Source: Eledone cirrhosa
Taxonomy: Eukaryota
Assembly: GCA_964016885.1 (NCBI GenBank)
Contig: OZ024743.1
Location: 106,516,001 to 106,580,000, forward strand
Direction: 5' to 3'
DNA: 64,000 nt
Positions 59,689 through 64,000 of this stretch are shown here, piece by piece. Every line of letters begins with the position of its first letter. Within the stretch, counting starts at the first letter, position 1. Below the pieces are notes generated by a model that saw only the letters and a program-made list of their open reading frames with translations, did not search any database and was not told the origin of the DNA. The position numbers and the translations under genes were made by a program.

Positions 59689-60003
59689 CTGTACCGAGAT
59701 GATAGTCTTTTGACGAAGACTGAGAGTGGACCCTGCGCTAGCGATAGCTTTAGTAAGGAGTCTATGGGTTTTTTTAAACGTTTCAACTTATCCATTTAAG
59801 TTGAAACTAACCTATCTGTGGTGAATTTCCTTGATATGACATTCAATATATCAGACGGTCGGTACTACCCGTACAAAATGGCCAATGACACTTTCAATTA
59901 CATTAGTGAACATTCTACCCAGCCAGCCAGCATAACTAAAAACCTGATCAATAAAGTCTCAGTGAGCTTTTCTCATTTATCAGTAAACCAGCATATTTTC
60001 ACT
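59689..60003 (+). pseudogene. Naiad-type PLE reverse transcriptase fragment
   Basis: LYRDD...FKRFNLSI*VETNLSVVNFLDMTFNI..GRYYPYK..ND..NYI..HS.QPASITKNL, with one in-frame stop. Confidence 0.82.
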
Positions 60004-61046
60004 GATGATTCCGTAAAGCGCTGGCTCGGCGCGCATTCCTAGATACGTTAGAATACTCTAAGTAAGAGTGAACATTTAAAAGAAAATGTATAGAGGTATG
60101 TATATGGTATAACACATCATATAATATAGAAGTTGCTAGAATAACGGAGAAATTCCTATCAAACAATATCTTTATAAATGTACATTTTATACGCCCACTA
60201 CTAGTAAGGTTTATAGTGTTGACAGCCTAGAGTTTCTTTAATTTATTTCTGAATACTATACTGAGGAATATGATTTCAGTTTAGGCCTGTATCTCGAGTT
60301 TAGAAGACCATGACATCCGATATAGTTTCCAGTGTGAGATCCTAGCAAGAAGTAGATTATATAACGGCAATAAAACACCTTTTAATATGAACATGATATA
60401 TGACGTCAAATATATATTTAAAAAAAATAAATATGAGACAATTTCGGCTTGTAAACATAAACTATATAAAGCATTCTTATATTGCAGCATAACATTGTAT
60501 CTTAACGGATAGTGCTGCCAATATGTAGATGACATATGCCATGATGTGGTAAACTTATACGCGGTTATTTGTATATATATGCAGTTGTACTGCTGCCTCA
60601 GTTTATAACAGATCAGTTTGGATTTGTAGAAATACATGTTGATAGGATCCCTATTCCTAGTTTGCTAGAAATTAACTTTAAATAATTGTGGCTAGAAGAT
60701 ATTTCGGATATGTAAACCAAACTATCTAGTCTATATGAAGAAACATCTGTACGTATCTCCACTTTCTTTCTTAAACTATTGGAAGTCTTATGTTTTCTAT
60801 GATCGTTATCCGTCTATTTGTTGTATATGGTTAATGTTGTCCTATGAACGAATCAGTATGATATGCTCCAAAGGCAAATTCCCACGCGTGGTTTTGGATG
60901 TTGTAGATAAGTTACATAGACACCGAAATCGATAATTCACTTAGGCTAGTGTGTCAACAAATCGATTTAAATTCTCTTATATATATATAATATATATATA
61001 TTATATATATATGTGAGAAAAACCACAGACCCTCCATCTCAACTCA

Positions 61047-61084
61047 CCTTTTGAAAAGCAGAAGAACTGCGAAACCGGTAAAGG
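61047..61084 (+). ncRNA. Minimal type I hammerhead with U3-A8 core (family D; cassette 61012-61210)
   Basis: CCTT-TTGAAAA-GCAG aagaa CTGC-GAAACCGGTA^AAGG. All helices are intact. Confidence 0.78.
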
Positions 61085-61202
61085 AACCAAATAAATATAT
61101 ATATTTAAAAAAAAAATAAGACTTCAGTTGCATTTTCGATTTCATCTCTTTTTCTTTATACTTCCACCTCGGTTATTTTTCATTTTGTAAAAAAAACCTC
61201 AC

Positions 61203-61276
<74 letters not shown>

Positions 61277-61281
<5 letters not shown>

Positions 61282-62547
61282 TTTACATATACACAAACTA
61301 TACAAAGTCATATATATATATGTTTTTGGCAACCATTCACGATGTGGCTCAATGACGAATTATTTAATTAAATAATCAGGGCAATATACAATAAAGTATG
61401 TCCATATAATCATTTGCTAAGATATATACACCATCTCCTCTCCGAATCAGCATAATCAACCACACAAAAAAAACAATTAAACCAGGCTATAAGATTAAAA
61501 GGCACCTATGAAGAAATAATAGATAAATAAACGATATCCATATATTCGCGATCAACAGCTATATAATATTTACCCACCATTTCACCATTTCAATAGCACG
61601 TGGAAATCGATTAAATATATCGTCAACCATATACAATTAGGTATAACATTAAAGTTAGAAGAAAAAATGTATATAAACATACCAATATTACGTGTCTACC
61701 CCAGGGTATTTCATTCGCTTTTGGAAATATCCGATCAAGGATAAATTCACGAGCTTCGAAATCATCAGGAAACAAACTCACTTGGACGAAAACTTTTCTT
61801 AAATGATCCCCGCCAGAAACGAATTCAAAATGGCTAAGAACTGTGACGTGGCAGTGGTCAAGTCAGAAACAATGTGATGTCTTTGTATAGTTTGTGTATA
61901 TGTAAATCTTTATATTTCATAATATCCCATAAGGTTGAGATGTAATTTAGGCAATATTAGGCTGCGCTTTCTAGCAACCAGCCCACTCGCCGTAAGGCAC
62001 GAATTACAATCTTTCTGACTTGACCACTGCCACGCCACAGTTCTTAGCCATTTTGAATTCGTTTCTGGCGGGGATCATTTAAGAAAATCTTCGTCCAAGT
62101 GATTTTGGTTCCTGATAATTTCGAAGCTCGTGAATTTATCCTTGATCGGATATTTCCAAAAGCGAATGAAATCCCATGGCGTAGAAACGTAATATTGGTA
62201 TGTTTATATACATGTTTTCTTCTAACTTTAATTGTATACCTAATTGTGTATGGTTGACGATATATTTAATCGATTTCCTCGTGCTATTGAAATGCTGGGT
62301 AAATATTCTATAGCTGTTGTTCGCAAATAGATGGGTGTCGTTTATTTATCTCTTATTTCTTCATAGGTGCCTTTTAATCTTATATCCTGGTTTAATTGTT
62401 TTTTTTATGTAGTTGATTATGCTGATTCGGAGAGGAGATGGTGTATATATCTTATCAAATGATTCTATGGACATACTTTATTGTATATTGCTCTGATTAT
62501 TTAGTTAATTAATTCGTCATTGAGCCACATCGTGAATGGTTGCCAAA

Positions 62548-62639
<92 letters not shown>

Positions 62640-63220
62640 AGACTTTGTATAGTTTGTGTATATGTAAATATTTATATTTGATAATCTCCGATAAGGTTGA
62701 GATGCAATTTAGGCAATATTAGACTGCACTTTCGAGCAACCAGCCCACTCGCCGTAAGGCACCAATCACATTCTTTCTGACTTGACCACTGCCACGTCAA
62801 AGTTCTTAGCCATTTTGAATTCGTTTCTGGCGGGGATCATTTAAGAAAAATCTTCGTCTATGTGAGTTTGTTTCCTGATGATTTCGAAGCTCGTGAATTT
62901 ATCCTTGATCGGATATTTCCCAAAACGAAACGTAATCTTGGTATGTTTATATACATTTTTTCTTCTAACTTTAATGTTATACCTAATTTTGTATGGTTGA
63001 CGATATATTTAATCGATTTCCACGTGCTATTGAAATGGTGGGTAAATATTCTATAACTGTTGATCGCGAATATATGGCTGTCGTGTATTCATCTATTATT
63101 TCTTCATAGGTGCCTTTTAATCTTATAGCCTGGTTTAATTGTTTTTTTGTGTGGTTCATTATGCTGATTGGGAGAGGAGATGGTGTATATATCTTATCAA
63201 ATGATTCTTTGGACATACTT

Positions 63221-63225
<5 letters not shown>
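61277..63225. mobile_element. Family G array: one inverted and two tandem ~670-bp units joined through (TA)n, with one hammerhead per unit
   Basis: Units 61277-61878 (-), 61880-62551 (+) and 62641-63222 (+). Hammerheads at 61692-61773 (-), 62107-62188 (+, CTGATAA) and 62870-62931 (helix III deleted). Confidence 0.8.
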
Positions 63226-63260
<35 letters not shown>

Positions 63261-63661
63261 GCATAGGAAACAAACCTAAATATATCTGCTATTAGTTTGT
63301 CTCAGTGTTGTACGGAGGTGTTAGCTTGTAAGCAAATGACTAATTTCCCACATTAACAAAGCGAAAAAATTCAGGTTACAGGCTAATGCAAGAGCAGTGG
63401 TCGACATTTAAATAATTAAAATATTACGAAACAAAGAAAGGAAAGATCAACTGAATTAAGGTAATAATAATCAATAAACTAAAATAAGTGACTAAAATAA
63501 AAAAAAAAATACCAGGTGGGAGTAGAAAAGAAGTTGGATTGTAGCGTAGTCATGTAGTGTACCAAACAAAGGATACGCATTTAGACACATGGGAAAGGAT
63601 AGAGAGACAAAGAGATGAATAGGTAGATAGAGAGATAAATAATTGATTAAATAAATAAATA

Positions 63662-63780
<119 letters not shown>

Positions 63781-64000
63781 GAGGGAGGGTAGAGTAAGAG
63801 AGAGGGGAGTGAGAAATGGATGTAAAGCAATTGAGTGTAAGAATGACATATAGTGGCAGAAAAAGAGTAAATACTAAAGAATGAGAGTTGATAAAGAAGG
63901 TGATAATTAGAAAGCATGAAATGAATGTATTGACAGAGAGTGTGAAACATAATGATCTGATATAGAAAATAAAGGGAGAGAAAGTGAGAAAAGAAGAGAG

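Noticed and set aside
59689-60003. Selenocysteine recoding in the Naiad-type fragments
   Set aside because: The only in-frame stop seen is TAA, not TGA at a Cys position, and no SECIS was identified.

Overview
This is AT-rich eukaryotic (animal) intergenic or intronic DNA saturated with (TA)n/(CA)n/(GA)n microsatellites. From memory, its main tRNA-derived SINE resembles the abundant Octopus SINE, so a cephalopod origin is likely (inference). No intact host gene is supportable, and most listed ORFs are microsatellite translations. Recognisable elements are: a near full-length but dead Neptune-type Penelope-like element (PLE; RT + GIY-YIG, 18.2-22.5 kb) with hammerhead-bearing terminal repeats; two Naiad-type PLE fragments; two decayed maT/DD37D Tc1-mariner transposons; a HERO-type RLE LINE 3' end; a non-autonomous Helitron; MITE-like elements; and more than 12 SINE copies. 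The main discovery is that many short unique islands between (TA)n tracts are non-coding fold-back or partial-tandem cassettes of at least a dozen unrelated families, most carrying a type-I hammerhead ribozyme (about 20 motifs read by eye). These include U3-A8 covariant cores, long or branched helix II and palindromic helix III. Several form ~470-760 bp ORF-less head-to-tail units with one ribozyme each (retrozyme-like), and many families share a TWGAGY motif about 25 nt past a fixed element end. Family letters are my own labels. Coordinates were counted by hand and may be off by a few bases.
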